The notes beneath the pieces are model-generated. The model searched no databases and was not told the DNA's origin. It saw only the letters and a list, made by a program, of their open reading frames with translations. This document shows, in pieces, positions 24,116 through 37,075 of a DNA stretch of 64,000 nt. Made by a program: the position numbers and the translations under genes. How positions within the stretch are numbered: position 1 is the first letter of the stretch; each line of letters begins with the position of its first letter. The DNA is from Phaeosaccion multiseriatum (taxonomy: Eukaryota > Protista > Ochrophyta, other classes): positions 868,001 through 932,000 of the forward strand of contig OZ218959.1 of the NCBI GenBank assembly GCA_965112735.1, read 5' to 3'.

Positions 24116-25610
24116 CTACTCTTCTTCCTCCTCCTCGTCGTCGTCCATGTCTGCCTTTCCTCCCGTGGGCTCCGCCGCCTCGAACTCCTCAAACTCCCCC
24201 TCGCTCCAATGGCACAGCAGCTTGAGCTCGAACACTGCCAGCTTGGTGCCCAGCAGCGCCAGCATCTTGGCCTGCTCGGGAGAGAGCGGCTCCCCCTTGG
24301 TGCACAGCGCGTAGGGCGAGCGGTTCACCACCTTACTGTTCTCCACCTCCGCCACCACCCCGAGCTTCCGGAACTGCTCCATCATGCTCACCTGCACACG
24401 GCGGACGGGAGAGGGGAGAGCAGGGCGGAGGGCTAAGCTGAGGACCAACGACCGCCCGCCTTCTGCTCTACTGTACCCGGAGAAGCTCGAGCTGGACCTC
24501 ACAGCGTTCTCCGTGCCTCTCCTGGCCTCCACCTCCCTCTCCTCACACACACAGGCCCTCCATTCCGCCCACCCACACACACCGGCCCCAGGCACGCACC
24601 TGCCAGCCTTCCAGCGGCCCCGGGGGCAGCACCTCCGTGGCCTGGGCCTCGAAACCCGCCTTGGCGAACTCCGGCACGGACAGCGACGCGAAGCCCTCCC
24701 TAATCTCGTCCGCCCCGCAGTTGGAGCACATTATGCCCACATTGCCCACTAAGCGCTTCGCCACCTGCACCACAACGGAGGCACCACACAGACCAGTCAG
24801 CAAGTCAGAAAGGCGCGGAAAAGGAGCTTCCTTTCCTCAGTGTACTGACACTGGTAACGAGCCCCTGCCTCCGCAGGCTCTTCCCCTGTCTCCCGTCCTC
24901 CTCCCCTCCTCCTCCTCCTCCTTCTCCTCCTCTCTTGGCCTCTCTTGGCCTGGCCTGACCCGTCGCGCACCTTTCTTAAGTTGTCGGAGTACTCTTCCTG
25001 TTCCGTCCTCCCCAATGCCAGCTGCATGATCTTGTTCTTGCCTAGGAAGAAGCGGCTGTTGCCTCGGAAGTGCAAGCGAACGTCCTGCACAGCCAAATGT
25101 AAGGAGGGCAAGAGGGGGCAACGAGGAGAATGAGGACTCTTTAACCACACGGCCAAGGGCACAGCATGCTGTGCTTGAGTCGGCAGTCGGCCTGGAGCAC
25201 AACTAGCAGCAGCTTCCAACCAGGGCTGGATTCTGCGGGGCCTCTTCCCCTCGCCAGTCCCATAGGACCTGCCACAGGAAAAGCGAGCCCCCATCTTCCA
25301 TGGCCAGGAACCACCAACTGAGCCTCCACACTTCCCACCACCAATACTCGCGTCTCAGGGCGGGTGGTGCAGCGACTCACCCTCACCGCTACCGCTGTAC
25401 CTCACTATTGTTGGGAGGATTGTCTCGGCAATGCACGCCCTCACTAACCTTCATGTGGTTGGAGCGCATGTTGTGGAAGGATATGAGGTAGGTGTGTTTG
25501 TGGGCGTCCACGGCCGCGCGGATGTCCTTCATCGTGCCCTGCTTGTGCTCCCTGCCCTTCTTAGAGGTCTTGGTCAGAGTGACCACGCGATTTCTCTTGG
25601 AGCGCGGCAT
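24116..25610 (-). CDS. MRT4: Ribosome assembly factor MRT4 (uL10/P0 paralog), 4 exons
   Basis: [31 protein letters not shown]|[58 protein letters not shown]. Confidence 0.93.
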
Positions 25611-25674
25611 TCTCGCAGAGCGCTCAGTAGAGGGCGGACCGGTCCCTCAGATTTTGCCCCTTTCCGTCTCTCTC

Positions 25675-25680
<6 letters not shown>

Positions 25681-25729
<49 letters not shown>

Positions 25730-25770
25730 TCTCTCTCTCTCTCTCCCACTCTCTCTCTCTCTCTCTCTCC
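25681..25770 (+). repeat. (CT)n microsatellite in the MRT4/TNPO3 divergent intergenic region
   Basis: Seen directly. Confidence 0.9.
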
Positions 25771-26122
25771 TCCTCCTCCTCTCCTCCTGGTTTAGTGGGC
25801 CTCACGCCTCGAGCAGCTTCTACTGCTGAACTTCGTCGCTACTGAGACAGATGGGGAGCTTGCGTGGAGAGGCACTCGTATTATTTGCGAGGGCGCCCGG
25901 GCTTCCCGTCGCCGCAAGCGGGAGATCAAAAGTCAATGAATTACGTAATGATCGAGCTTACACCTTCAGGGAGAGGAGGAAAAGAAGGCAGCCCCACCAC
26001 CTTAACAACAACCACAAATTACTAACTACCTCCCCTGTGAGGGAAACCTCTCTCCTCTCTGCGCTGCTTCTTTGGGGTTGTGGCTAGGCCCTGTTTTGGC
26101 CGCAATATTTACAACTGCCACC

Positions 26123-27644
26123 ATGTCCTATGCTGGTGATACCGCTCCCCTGGAGCAGCAGATACTGGCCGTACAGCAGGCTTTGACTGCCGTGTACAAC
26201 GGTCGCGGGGAGGAGCACCGCAATGCGGACCGCTGGCTGCAGGACTTTCAGACCAGGCCGGCGGCATGGCAGGTGGCCGATGCTCTGTTGATGAGGCCGG
26301 GGACGGACTTGCAGGTGCGCTGAAGGCCGAGCCACGCCACGCGCCTTGGCGTCCTCCCACCTCAGAGAGTCTCGAAAGCGGAGCTGAAAAAGCTGGGGGG
26401 GGGGGGAGGGGGGGCGTTTGGTGTGGGGACAGACAGGACACGCCTCGGGCGTGCGATCATCCCTTGACGAATCTGCCTCTCTGTTCTCCTTAGGAACGGC
26501 CCTTCAAATCCAGTGCCTTGTCCAACCCCCACTCCTGTGTTTCTCTAACCTGCACACAGGCCAAGTTCTTCGGCGCCATGACGATCCACAACAAGATCAA
26601 GTACGACTTTCGGCAGTTGCCGCAAGAGTCAGTGCCCTCCCTGCGCCTCAGCCTCCTCTCGCACATCACGCGTTGCGCACAGCAGGCCGACCGCACCCAG
26701 GAGATCGTGCTGAAGCGGCTGTGCCTGTCCATCGCCACCCTGGCCGTGCAGATCAACTGGCCGGACATCGTCCTGGAGCTCACGCAGAGCTTCATGGCAG
26801 GGCTCGTGCGCGACACGCAGCAGCAGGACAGGGCCGCGGGGGTGGTACTGGAGCTGCTCAAGGTGGGCGGAGTGGGGCAGATCAACGGAGTGGAGTGGGT
26901 GGGGTGTTGTGTGGGGCGTGGTATGATCCTGTGAAGCATTGAAGGAGGTCTTGCTCCTGCCTCCCAGCCCTCTTGAGTCTCTGGGTCCTGACTCCACCTC
27001 TGCCGTCCCTTGTGTGCATGCAACCGGACGGAATCGAGCAGGTGCTTCCGGAGGAATGTTGTAACTCGCACGTCATCGTGGACGATCGCCAACGCTACGA
27101 TTTCCTGCAGCAGCTAAGGGCGAGCTACCCCTCCCTCCTCCAGTTCCTGCAGCAAGTTGGAGGGCAGGGGGGGTTAGTAGGCCAGGTCGGGCAGCAGCTG
27201 GGGCGCGCGGTAGCGATGCAAGAGACCCTTTACCAGTGCCTCAAGATGTGGATCCGCTACGCCGACATTCCCGCGGCGCAACTAGCGCGGCACACCATGC
27301 TTCCCTCCGCCTTCGACGCGCTCGCCACCCCTGACCTCTTTGAGACGTGCATTGATGTGCTCGTGGAGGCCCTGAGGGTGTACGAGGACCCGAGGGAGTC
27401 GGCGGATGTGGTGCAGATCATGGTGCCGAGGGCAATGGCGCTGCGGCAGGGGTACCTCGACAGCGTGGCGGCGGAGGACACGGACGAGGCCAGGGGCTAT
27501 GTGCGCCTCTTTACAGAGATGGGCGAGTCCTATCTGCCCCTCATCCTGCAGGACGCGGAGCTTGGGCAGGTGTGTGTGTGTGTGTGTGCGAGGCTGCATG
27601 AGATGACCCACCCAGGGGCTGCCAAAGGGGATGGACGGGCCGAG

Positions 27645-27701
<57 letters not shown>

Positions 27702-30700
27702 GCGTATGGGTGGAGGGGGGCACCTTGGGGCGGAAGGAAGCCAAACGGGACTAGGATGGGCCGCGCAGGAAAAGCGCCCCTTGGTAACGCCTTGGTTGGG
27801 GGGCAGGGTCGACTGTTGTTGCCTTTGTCTTTGCCTTTGCATCCTCTCCCGTGCTCCTGCTTTGCTGACCTCCCGCGCCCCCTTGGCCCATACGCCTGCC
27901 TCTTCGCTGCCTCTGCCAGCTGGCCCTGGTGCAGCTCGTGGTGCTCATCACGGCGCACCCCGTTCACGAGATCGCCACCATCCCTCTGCACTTTTGGTAC
28001 CGCCTCTCGCACGGACTCGCCAGGCTGGAGCCCGCTGATGTAAGGGAGGGAGGGAGGGAGGGATACCGTGTGCTCTGTAGTGTTTGTTGCCATTGAGTGC
28101 GTTCCATGGATGTCTGTCTTGAGTTCCTTCCCATCCTCAGTTGGCAGCGCAGCGGATGCGTATGTGGGAGTGTGCCACTGCCTTTGCAACCCTCACTTAC
28201 ACCTGCCTGTCCATATGCCCGCTTAGGTGCGCGAGAGGAAGATTGCTCAATTCCGGCCCTGCCTGGACGAGCTCATCGAAATCCTCGTGAGGCTCATGCG
28301 CTACCCCGAAGGTGAAGGGGGGGGGGCTCTCGGCTGTCCTCAGGGCGGGAAGAGGAATGGGAGGGACAAGGGCGAGGCGGAGAGACGGACAAGCAGCCAC
28401 AGGGCCAGTACCGGCCTATTCCCCTGACCCATGCAATTGATGCTCCCCTCCCCTCCCCCCCTGGGCAGACTTCGAGGTGCTGTCGGAGGACCAGGTGGAC
28501 GATCTCAAGCGCCATCGCTACGACGTCAGTGACGTGCTGCTGGACTGCTGCGGCGTCATCGGCACCGTGGCGTGCCTCGCCAAGCTCCTGGCGCTGCTGG
28601 AGGGGGAGCTCAGCTTGTACAGTCAGCTCAGCCCAAAGCTCAGCGCCGAGGAGCGCCAGTCCACGTGGCAGGCAGTGGAGGCGTGTCTGTTCGGCATCCG
28701 CTCCATCATCAAGCCTGTGCCAGAGGGGGAGGCGCAGGTCATGCCCGCTGTCATGGACATATTGCTGCAGGTGAGGGGGGCGGTATGGCAGCAGACGGGG
28801 GAGGGGGTTGGCAGTACACGTGGTGGGGAGGGGTGGACACATCGACAGGGTGTGTGCCGTACAACACTCAATCGATGCGTTTGCTCTGTGGGCCGGCCGT
28901 ATCACACATCACACCTCCCTCCCCTTCTCTTCCCTCCCCTCCCCGCCCCTTGCCTTGGCTCTCCCCTTCCCTTCTCTCCTCCCATCCCTCACGCCCCGGA
29001 CACTCCACTGCACTGCACTGCACTGCACTGCACTGCACTGCACTGCACTGTTGAGCAGCTCCCCTCGGACACACACATCCGATACACCGCCAACTTGATT
29101 GTGGGCAACGCGGCGGGCTGGCTGCGCAACCACCCCGCCAAGCTGCAGCAGATGTTCGACTTTCTCATGCAGCAGGGCTTCAACAGCCACGAATGCGCAA
29201 CCGCCACGGCCACGAGCATCAAGAGCCTGTGTAAGCAGTGCGGGCAGTGCATGGGGGAGCCCGTCTTGGCGCTGCATGACCAGCTGCAGGTACATGTACA
29301 GCAGGCAGTGCAGAGGGGGGCCACAGAGCAGGAGAGGGCACATGGCAGAAGAGGGCAGGGGCCGTTCCCGCCTTCACTCGCGCCTTACGTCCTCCTTCAC
29401 TCTCTAGCAGAAGGACAGAACGAGGTGATGGATGGAGTGACGCCGCTGACGTACACCCCTTGCTTTTACTTCCACCCCTACCGTGCCGTGCCGTGCCGTG
29501 CCGTGCCGTGCCGTGCAGGCTGCCAGGGCGCAGAGCGGGGGCGTGTCCACGCTGCAGATCAAAGACGAGCTCGAGATCTTAGAAGGTACATGCATCGTAT
29601 GATTCGATTGCTCGCAGTTTTGCTTGCTTCTTGCGCACTCTTCCCTCCCCTCCCCCCGGCAGCACCCACCCCTTTCGCCACCCCTTGACGTCCATCAGAG
29701 TACTCAGAGTACTCAGCTCCCGTCCCCCTTCCGTGCACCCTTGGTCCCTTGGTCCCTTCCTGCCTGCCTCCCCCCCCGCGCTTAAGGCCTGTGCTATGTG
29801 GTGTCGGCCCTGACGCCGCTGGAGGCCGTGGTGAGAGGGCTCCACCGCCTCGTGCAGCCCATCGCCAACGACATGCAGAACATCGTCAGGGAGGGGCAGC
29901 AGCAGCAGCAGCAGCAGCAGTTGGTCATACAGCAGGGGGGGGGCGGGGCGGCGGTGGAGGCAGCGGGGTCGGCGGGCAGCAAGCCGGCCATGAGGGAGCT
30001 GGACAGGCTCACGTGCGTGATTCGAAACGTGCAGCCTGTGCTCGTGCAGGGGCAGACACACCCCATTTTAGAGGTGATTGGCGGGATGTGGGGTCTGCTG
30101 GAGCAGCTGCAGGAGGTGAGTGAGCGACAGGAGTGGGCAAGGGGGTGCGGGCAGACCAGTCGGAAAGAGCGTCCGGTTGATGGCAGTTGATGGCAGTTGA
30201 TGGCATGTCGCCGGTCCGCCCCCTCATGCCCCCTCCCCCTCGCAGCAAAACCGGGGCAGCGAGTACTTCGCTGAGCGGCTGTGTCGCTGCTACAAACACG
30301 CCCTGCGAGCCTGCAGGAGCCAGTTCGAGCCCTTGCTGCCGGGCCTAGGTAAGTGGGTCAGTGCAGTTCGGCCGTTCGTTCCCTGTTGTGACCTGCCAAC
30401 CTGCCCGCCTCCCACTCATGCCCCCACCCCCAACCCTTTGCACAACAGTGTCCCAAATGGTGCTTCGCTTCGCGCAAGTGCCGCTCTCTCCTTACTTGTA
30501 CTGCTCGAGCATCTGCGTCACCGAGTTCGCCCAAGACACGCGCTTCCATCCCCTTCTCATGTCCATGCTGAGAGACTTGTCCGCCACGGCCTTCTCCACG
30601 CTCACCTCCCCCGAGCAGTTCACAGCGCACCCCGACATGGTGGAGGAGTACTTTTATCTGGCGGCAAGGTTCCTCACGCACTGCCCCGCCCCGCTGCTGC

Positions 30701-31685
30701 AGGACCCCCTGCTGCTGGACATTGTGAGGTGTGCGGTGGCGGGGCTGAGATTGGACCACAGAGAGGCTCACAAGGGCATACTGCACTTTGTCGAGGAGCT
30801 GCTCAACATCGCCCTCTTCGCAGACGAGGGGGGGCAGGGGGGGCAGCAGCAGACGGGCTACCGCCAGAGGGTGGAGCAGCTGCTGGGGCCGGAGGGGCAG
30901 GGCCTGGCCTTGGCACACGGTCTCGTGGGCTGCATCGTGGGGGAGCTGCCCACATACGCGCTCGACGTGCAGGGCGGGTCAGTGGCAGGTGCGTGGGTGC
31001 GTGGGGGAGGGATGAGGGAGTGGGTGAAGGGCAGGGAGGTGGACGTGGGAGGGAGGGAGGTGGTGAATGACGAGTTCGGCGGCGCACAGTTCACTCGCAC
31101 TCCCGACTCGATCCGACTCGGCAAGGCAACGCCCCATCCATGCTCCTTCTCCCCCTCATGCCCGCCCGCCCCCTTCATCTTCATTGCCATTTCCGTGCGC
31201 CCCCCCCCCCTCCCCCCAGGCGTGCTGTGGAAGCTTTCCCTGCTCTCCCCCTCCCGCCTGCGTGAGTGGCTGGTGCAGGCCCTGCAGGGGGTGGGGGAGG
31301 CCATCTATAGAGCCTCGCAGAAGGAGGAGCTCATCCACACGCTGCTGCCGCAGGACCCCAAGGCTGTGGACAGGGAGGCCTTCATGACCGCCATCAGGGA
31401 CTGCAGCCACTCCGCCCGACAAGTGAGTACATCATTTGCTCTGTCGTGGATTGGCACCTCCTCTCTTCTCTTCCTTCCCAGGTGTTGGGCTCCATCTCCT
31501 TCGTCCTCTCCGTTCCGCTCTCTCGCCCATTTCCCAGGCCCTTCCGTCTTGTCTGCGATGCTGACTGATCCCTCCTCCTCCTCCTCCTCCTCCTCCTCCT
31601 CCTCCTCCTCCTCACGCCCCTCCTTTGTGGCGTCTCGCGTCTTGTCTTCTCGCAGAACGCTCGGCGCTGGAACACGAGACCCTGA
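26123..31685 (+). CDS. TNPO3: Transportin-3/Mtr10-like importin-beta family receptor (multi-exon)
   Basis: ADRWLQDFQTRPAAWQVAD, FFGAMTIHNKIKYDF..LP, VLPEE, RLFTEMGESY, FWYRL, RYDVSDVLLDCC, WQAVEACLFGIRSI, HPDMVEEYF. Confidence 0.88.
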
Positions 31686-31916
31686 CCCATAAGAGTATCT
31701 TTCCTAATAAACGAAATAGTGGAAGGGATTTACCCTGCCTTTGACGTGCTATCTGCTATCGCCAGCGTCGCTATCTGCACGCAAATGACGTCACCACAGC
31801 CAATTTGCACTTGACATCGTAAGGGCCGTAGAGATTAGGCTCTAAGAAGGATGGCAGCAGAGGGCAAAATCGTATCTTCTGAGTACAATATCGCCCCTAT
31901 TTCCTCTTCAACAATC

Positions 31917-34323
31917 ATGATGAGACGAGGTCTAGTGCTGCTTCTCTCCACGACCTTATTGCAGGGCGTGGCTTGTTTTCAGGTCAAGGCTGGGGCGCAT
32001 GCGCCAGCGGCACGGCTATCGAAAGGAAAGGGGCTGGGAGGGGACTTGAAGGCCAGCCCGGGCCAGGAGCAGCAGCACCGGAGGAGAGACGACTCAGCAT
32101 GGGCCGCGACGGCTTCCGCTGGTGGAGGAGAGGGTAAGTATCTCGTACTTTCAGCTGGATGTCGTCTCCGAGGTCTTTGGGTGAAACGGTGGCGAAGAGG
32201 AGAGGCCAGCATTTTAAACCACCCGCCCTCTGTCTCTCTCTGCGCGTTGAATTTTCTACCCCCAAGCCTTGTCTCTCTGTGGGGAGGGCAATTCTCTCCC
32301 TCCCATTTGCTGCCTCCCTCATAATCCCCGCCCCCTCCCCTGTATTTCCCCCTTCCTCATTCTCTCCCCCCCCCCTTAACCCTGCATTTCTGCCCCGAAA
32401 ACAGACTTGGTGGCTGTGACGGTACGGGAGAGCTGCCGGAATTTGGTGGACGAGGGGGCTTTGAGGGGCTTTGGCAGCTCCTACCGCTCCGATGGTAAGC
32501 CCCGCCCCTCGCAGGAGCAGGAGGGGACAGTGTCTGCGGCCATGGCCTCCAAGCCTATGAACGTCATGCTCCAAACCGTGGCAGGGGTGAGCGAAGACGG
32601 CAGAGAGGTGGTGGCGGTCGTGCCCCCGGGGAACGTGTCTAAGGGCACTACGGTGCACGCCCAAGCGCATCACGTTATCCCGAGGCCACAGGTGCGTCAT
32701 TCTCCTCACCGTCTCCTTTCCCCGTCCCTGCCTGGAGCCCTCTGTCCCTCTCTCCTTCCTTGTTCTCGCCTTGTCGACCTCGCGCCGTCCTTTCTTTCAC
32801 CATGGTTCTCTCCCCCCTTCGCCTTGCTCTCCATCCCCTCTCTGTCCTCCTTTCTCTCGCCATCGCTCTCGCTCGCTGTCTGTGCGTCTTCCCTCTTACC
32901 AACCTCCATCTTCTCTTCTCACTTTCACAGGGCATGGCTTGGAAGAACGCCGCCACGTTCCTGTTTCTGTCCGTGAGTTGCCTTCTGCCCCTCAAGCGCA
33001 TTGGTGTCAGCCCAGAGACGTGTGCGGGAAAGAATTTTGTTGTGACGGGGGGGCAAGGAAGCATCGCGCCATTCCTCATTGAGGTACGAGCAACGAGCAA
33101 TGGAACCACGGAACTCGCAGACAGATAGAGAGAGAGGGCCCGAAGACAGATAGAGAGAGAGAGAGAGAGAGAGGGCCTGCGGAGGGGCCACAGAGCTAAG
33201 GCCCTGGGGGAGGAAAAGGCTACAGTAGTCCTGCTTCCGACCCCCTTCGCCTATTCATTGCCAGATATGCCCCTTTTCACGCCCTCTCTTGTTACCCACT
33301 TTCCCTTCTTTGTGCGCGAAGGTGTTGTCGGGCTGGGGCGCTAGCGTGACGGCAGCGAGCACGGCCAACAAAGCGAGCCTCACCAAGCTCGGGGCGTCAC
33401 GAGTGGTCGACTTCCGCTCTGAGAGCTTCGGGGAAGTGATGCCCACTATCGACGTGGTCGTGGACACCGTGGGCAGAGAGACGGACGGGGCTATCCGGCA
33501 GCTGCAGGAGCTGAGGCACGCCAAGTACCAGTCACTCATGCCCGACATCCTCGGAGTGGCGGTGGGGGAGGGCGTGCTCTTTGGGGCGGGCAAGCTCACG
33601 GCCTTCACTAACATGATCAAGAGCGACCGGGCCGTGGACGACGCGTACTGGCTGCCCGAGGAGGGGGGAATGGCTGCGGCGAAGGGCGCTGAGGGGGTGG
33701 TGGGGGCCTCCTCTCCGGGCTTGAGCGAGGCTATTGTTGGGGTCAAGGCCTACCTCGAGGCGCTGGCCTGGCCCAAGGACAGAGACACCGGCCTGCGCTT
33801 CGGCTTCCCGGCCAGGGACAGCTCCATGTGGGAGGACTATGACCCTTATAATTACGACGAGGTGGAGGCGGAGGAGGAGGAGGAGGAGGACGAGGGGCAG
33901 TTCGCGATAGAGGAGGAGACTGCCTCACAGGGAGCCTCAGCAGTTGGTGACACACCGCGAGCACCACGAGTAGCAACAGCAGCAACACAAAAGGGGTCGG
34001 GGCTGGGGCGCATCCGCGGCAAGGCTGACATGAAGCGCCAGATGGACACGGGGGAAGGGGGCCTCGTGTTTGTCAGCTCCCGCTCCTGCCGCGTGTGCAA
34101 GGCCCTGCTGCCCTACTTTACGCGCCAGGCTGACAAGTACCCCAAGCTGCGGCTGTGCCACTTCCACTCCTCAGACGACCCCACCCTCTCCCGGGCACTG
34201 GGGCTGGAGACGGTGCCGGCCTTTGTGTCGTTCGAGGGCGGGAGGGTGCGCAAGGTCACCATCACCACGGACAAGCGCGAGATTGAGGAGATCCTCTCCA
34301 AGCTGTCCTTCACGGCGTACTGA
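31917..34323 (+). CDS. Plastid-targeted MDR/quinone-oxidoreductase-like protein fused to a C-terminal thioredoxin domain
   Basis: Signal peptide plus VAC-FQV; Rossmann-like FVVTGGQGSIAPFLIE|VLSGWGASVTA..LGASRVVDFRSESF..DVVVDTVG; C-terminal VFVSSRSCRVCKAL..LGLETVPAFVSFEGG. Confidence 0.72.
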
Positions 34324-36278
34324 GGAGGACTGAGCTCATTGCGTTGATTGACATGACGCCTCACCATGGCCTGGTGTCAGGATTTGGTGTGTTCTTCTCG
34401 TTCGGCGCGTTTCGTCTTCTGCCTTTGTAGGCTTTGAGACCGATCGACCGACCAATGGAGGAGAGAGAGAGAGAGGCGGGGGGGGGGGGAGAGAGATAAG
34501 GAGTCCATGGCGTCCATGGCCAGAGCCGTGGAGTGGACCATCAGTCCATCAGCGGCCTTTGTGGGAGGAGGAAAGCAGCGGCACATCAGCCATGTGTGTG
34601 TGTGTGCGTGCGTGTGGGAGACTGCAGCCCCGCGTGCACAGGGACGGCTGAGTAGCTTGGCCTGTTTGGTTTTGGCCTCCTGGATGGCCTCCTGGATTGC
34701 GCGTCACTGACGGGAGGGGGGCGGGGCGGGCTGGACACGCCCTGTGCAGGCTGTGGGCCCTGCCGCCTCCTCCCCGGAACCCCACCCGGGGTGGCCGCCT
34801 CTCCTCTCTCGTGGAGGGAGGGGATGGCAGCAGATGCCCTCTCCCACACGTCCATTGGAACCGTCGAACGGGGTGCAAGACGGAGGTGTCGGGACGAAGG
34901 GACGAGGCATTACAAGCGTGGGACGCACCTTTTCGGCCTTTGTCTGACTGTGCGTGCGCCACATTGTCCCCCTCTCTCCTCCCATCAAGCTAAGGTGGGG
35001 TGGGGCGGGTCAAGGATGGCACCCCACGTCACATGCCTCTCAGCTCAGCGGGGTGAGGGGGGGGGGTGCCCGAGGGGGCATCCCTCTCCGCCACCCTTGC
35101 AGGACTGCAGGGCTTTTGTCGTCCACTGTGCACCGACCCACTCCCCCACCCCGCAAGTGCACCCCCCAAGTGCAGTAAGGGTGGAGAGTAGCAGTGGAGC
35201 CCTCTGACCGTCACCTGACCGTCACGGCGTGACACAGACGATGCGCACTGACAAGAGCAGGGCAGAGCCGAGCACAAAAGAGGGAGAATCTCAATTCTCA
35301 AGCGCAGCGTGCGTCTTACGAAGATGTTTTTTAATTAATGTCATTTGATTTAGCTCAAGCTCTTGCTCTTGCTCTTCGAATGCTCTGCCGGTTGTGGTCC
35401 GAATGCTCTGCCAGTTGTTGTCCACACCCACACCAATCAAAACCGCGCTCGGGCCGCTTTCTCGCCTCGCTAGCCAGGAGGGGCATTTGCCTAAGCGATA
35501 GACTTTGCTTTTCGCCTTCCTCGGCAAAGGAAGTGAGACTACAGACCATAATGTCTCCTCCTTTCTTCTCATCTTGGCCTGAAACTGAAACAAGAGTCGA
35601 TTGGGCCTTTCTCCATGTCTTGGCATCGGAGCCTTGCCGGCCTCGATGATCGATGATGCCCACCTCTGTCGAACACCTGCTCGCTCTGCCTTTGCCTTTT
35701 GACCCTCTCTGCTCTGTCTCCGCCTCTTCGACCCTCCGCTCCCGAGACATGAGGTGGACCATTGACGCCAAGCACGCAGAGCTTTCTCTTCCAAATCTTC
35801 CTTTTCCACTCAAGGTTGTTGATCTATCCATGTCCCTTCCGGCTTCCTCTCCATCGCTCGCAGCCGCTCTCTGAGATTGGCTCTGCCTTACAGCAACAGT
35901 TGCTGAAGCCGCGCAGAGCTCCGGCGTCGCTGCACTGGTCTTTCACCTTCTCATGTTGGTCCTGCGCCCTGTGAGATGCTCTCGAGAGACGCTCTCGCCC
36001 CACCGCAAGGGGCATTAGGAGCCTGCCGGAACCCTTAAGAGCCCCCATTCGCGGTGCTGATCGACGATGGACGCAACGCTTGACCCAGCACCGCCTCAAT
36101 CACTACTACCCTACGGTGCCCTGCTTCCTCCCCTGTCTGCTATGAAACACATGTGGCGCCCATGAACTCGACAGATGGAGCAGACGCGCGACGCAGAGGG
36201 TCGGCAGTCCACAGAGCAAAGAAAACATCGAAGAGAGCCGCTGCCTGAGGCGCACGGCTTCTCTCCTGCAGAGCAGAG

Positions 36279-36845
36279 CTACTTCTTCTTCTTCTGCTGC
36301 TCCCGCTCCAGCTCCTGTTTTTTCTGCATCTGCTGCTGCCTCTGCCGCTTCAGATCACTGGACGAAGACCACATGCCCACGTCCTCCGTCACCACGTTGG
36401 GTCTGGCACTTCTATTGGCGCTCATCTGCGGCGGTACCAGCGTGCCGCTGCTACCCGCCTGCCTCGGCACGTGCGCCACTGCTCCGCCGACCCCCTTCCT
36501 CTGCTTCCCCGGCTGTTGTCCGCCGCCCAAGGGACGTGCGCTACTCGGCCTCTTGCCTCCCGCACCACCTCCTGCTGCCCCACCTGATCGGTAGGGGGAG
36601 CTGGAAGGAGGCGCTGCAGAGGATGATAGGAGCGAGGATGCAGAAGGGAGTCCACCGCTGAGCAGGGCCGCCGCGGAGGGGAGAACAAGCTTAGGCTTCG
36701 CTGCTGAAGGTGCTGCCGGTGCTGGTGGGAGTGCAGGCCCTGCTGCTTTTGCTGCTGCTGCTGGCGGGGGCGGTGGTCCAGCTGCTTGCTGCTGCTCTTC
36801 CTCCTCATCAGAGGAAGAAGGATAGTCGCAGCCGAGCAAAGACAT
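36279..36845 (-). CDS. Uncharacterised intronless protein (188 aa)
   Basis: MSLLGCDYPSSSDEEE start and LVPPQ..RPNVVTED motif, which from memory resemble a small uncharacterised eukaryotic family; basic C-terminus. Confidence 0.65.
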   Translation of the reverse strand: MSLLGCDYPSSSDEEEEQQQAAGPPPPPAAAAKAAGPALPPAPAAPSAAKPKLVLPSAAALLSGGLPSASSLLSSSAAPPSSSPYRSGGAAGGGAGGKRPSSARPLGGGQQPGKQRKGVGGAVAHVPRQAGSSGTLVPPQMSANRSARPNVVTEDVGMWSSSSDLKRQRQQQMQKKQELEREQQKKKK

Positions 36846-37075
36846 GCCCTCTTATTCCTCTCTATGGATAATCGCGGCGGGGAGAAAGACACCGTGGAAG
36901 TGAGCATCGATCATCTTCTGCGCGAAACAGTTTCAGTTTGGAGCGTTACATAAGGGCGGCCGATATCGGCGGCCTTTCCTTTGTTCACGCTCTGCTTCTG
37001 AGACATGCCGCGGCAGCAGAATCAGGAGCAGCCGTGGCTGCTGAAAGTGTGCTAGGCAGGGGAGGAAATTAAGAG

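Noticed and set aside
34640-34700. Fourth copy of the element family (TGGCCTCCTGGAT repeats)
   Set aside because: The resemblance to the CTGGCCTTCCTTGGCT motif is weak and no flanking collinear blocks were found.
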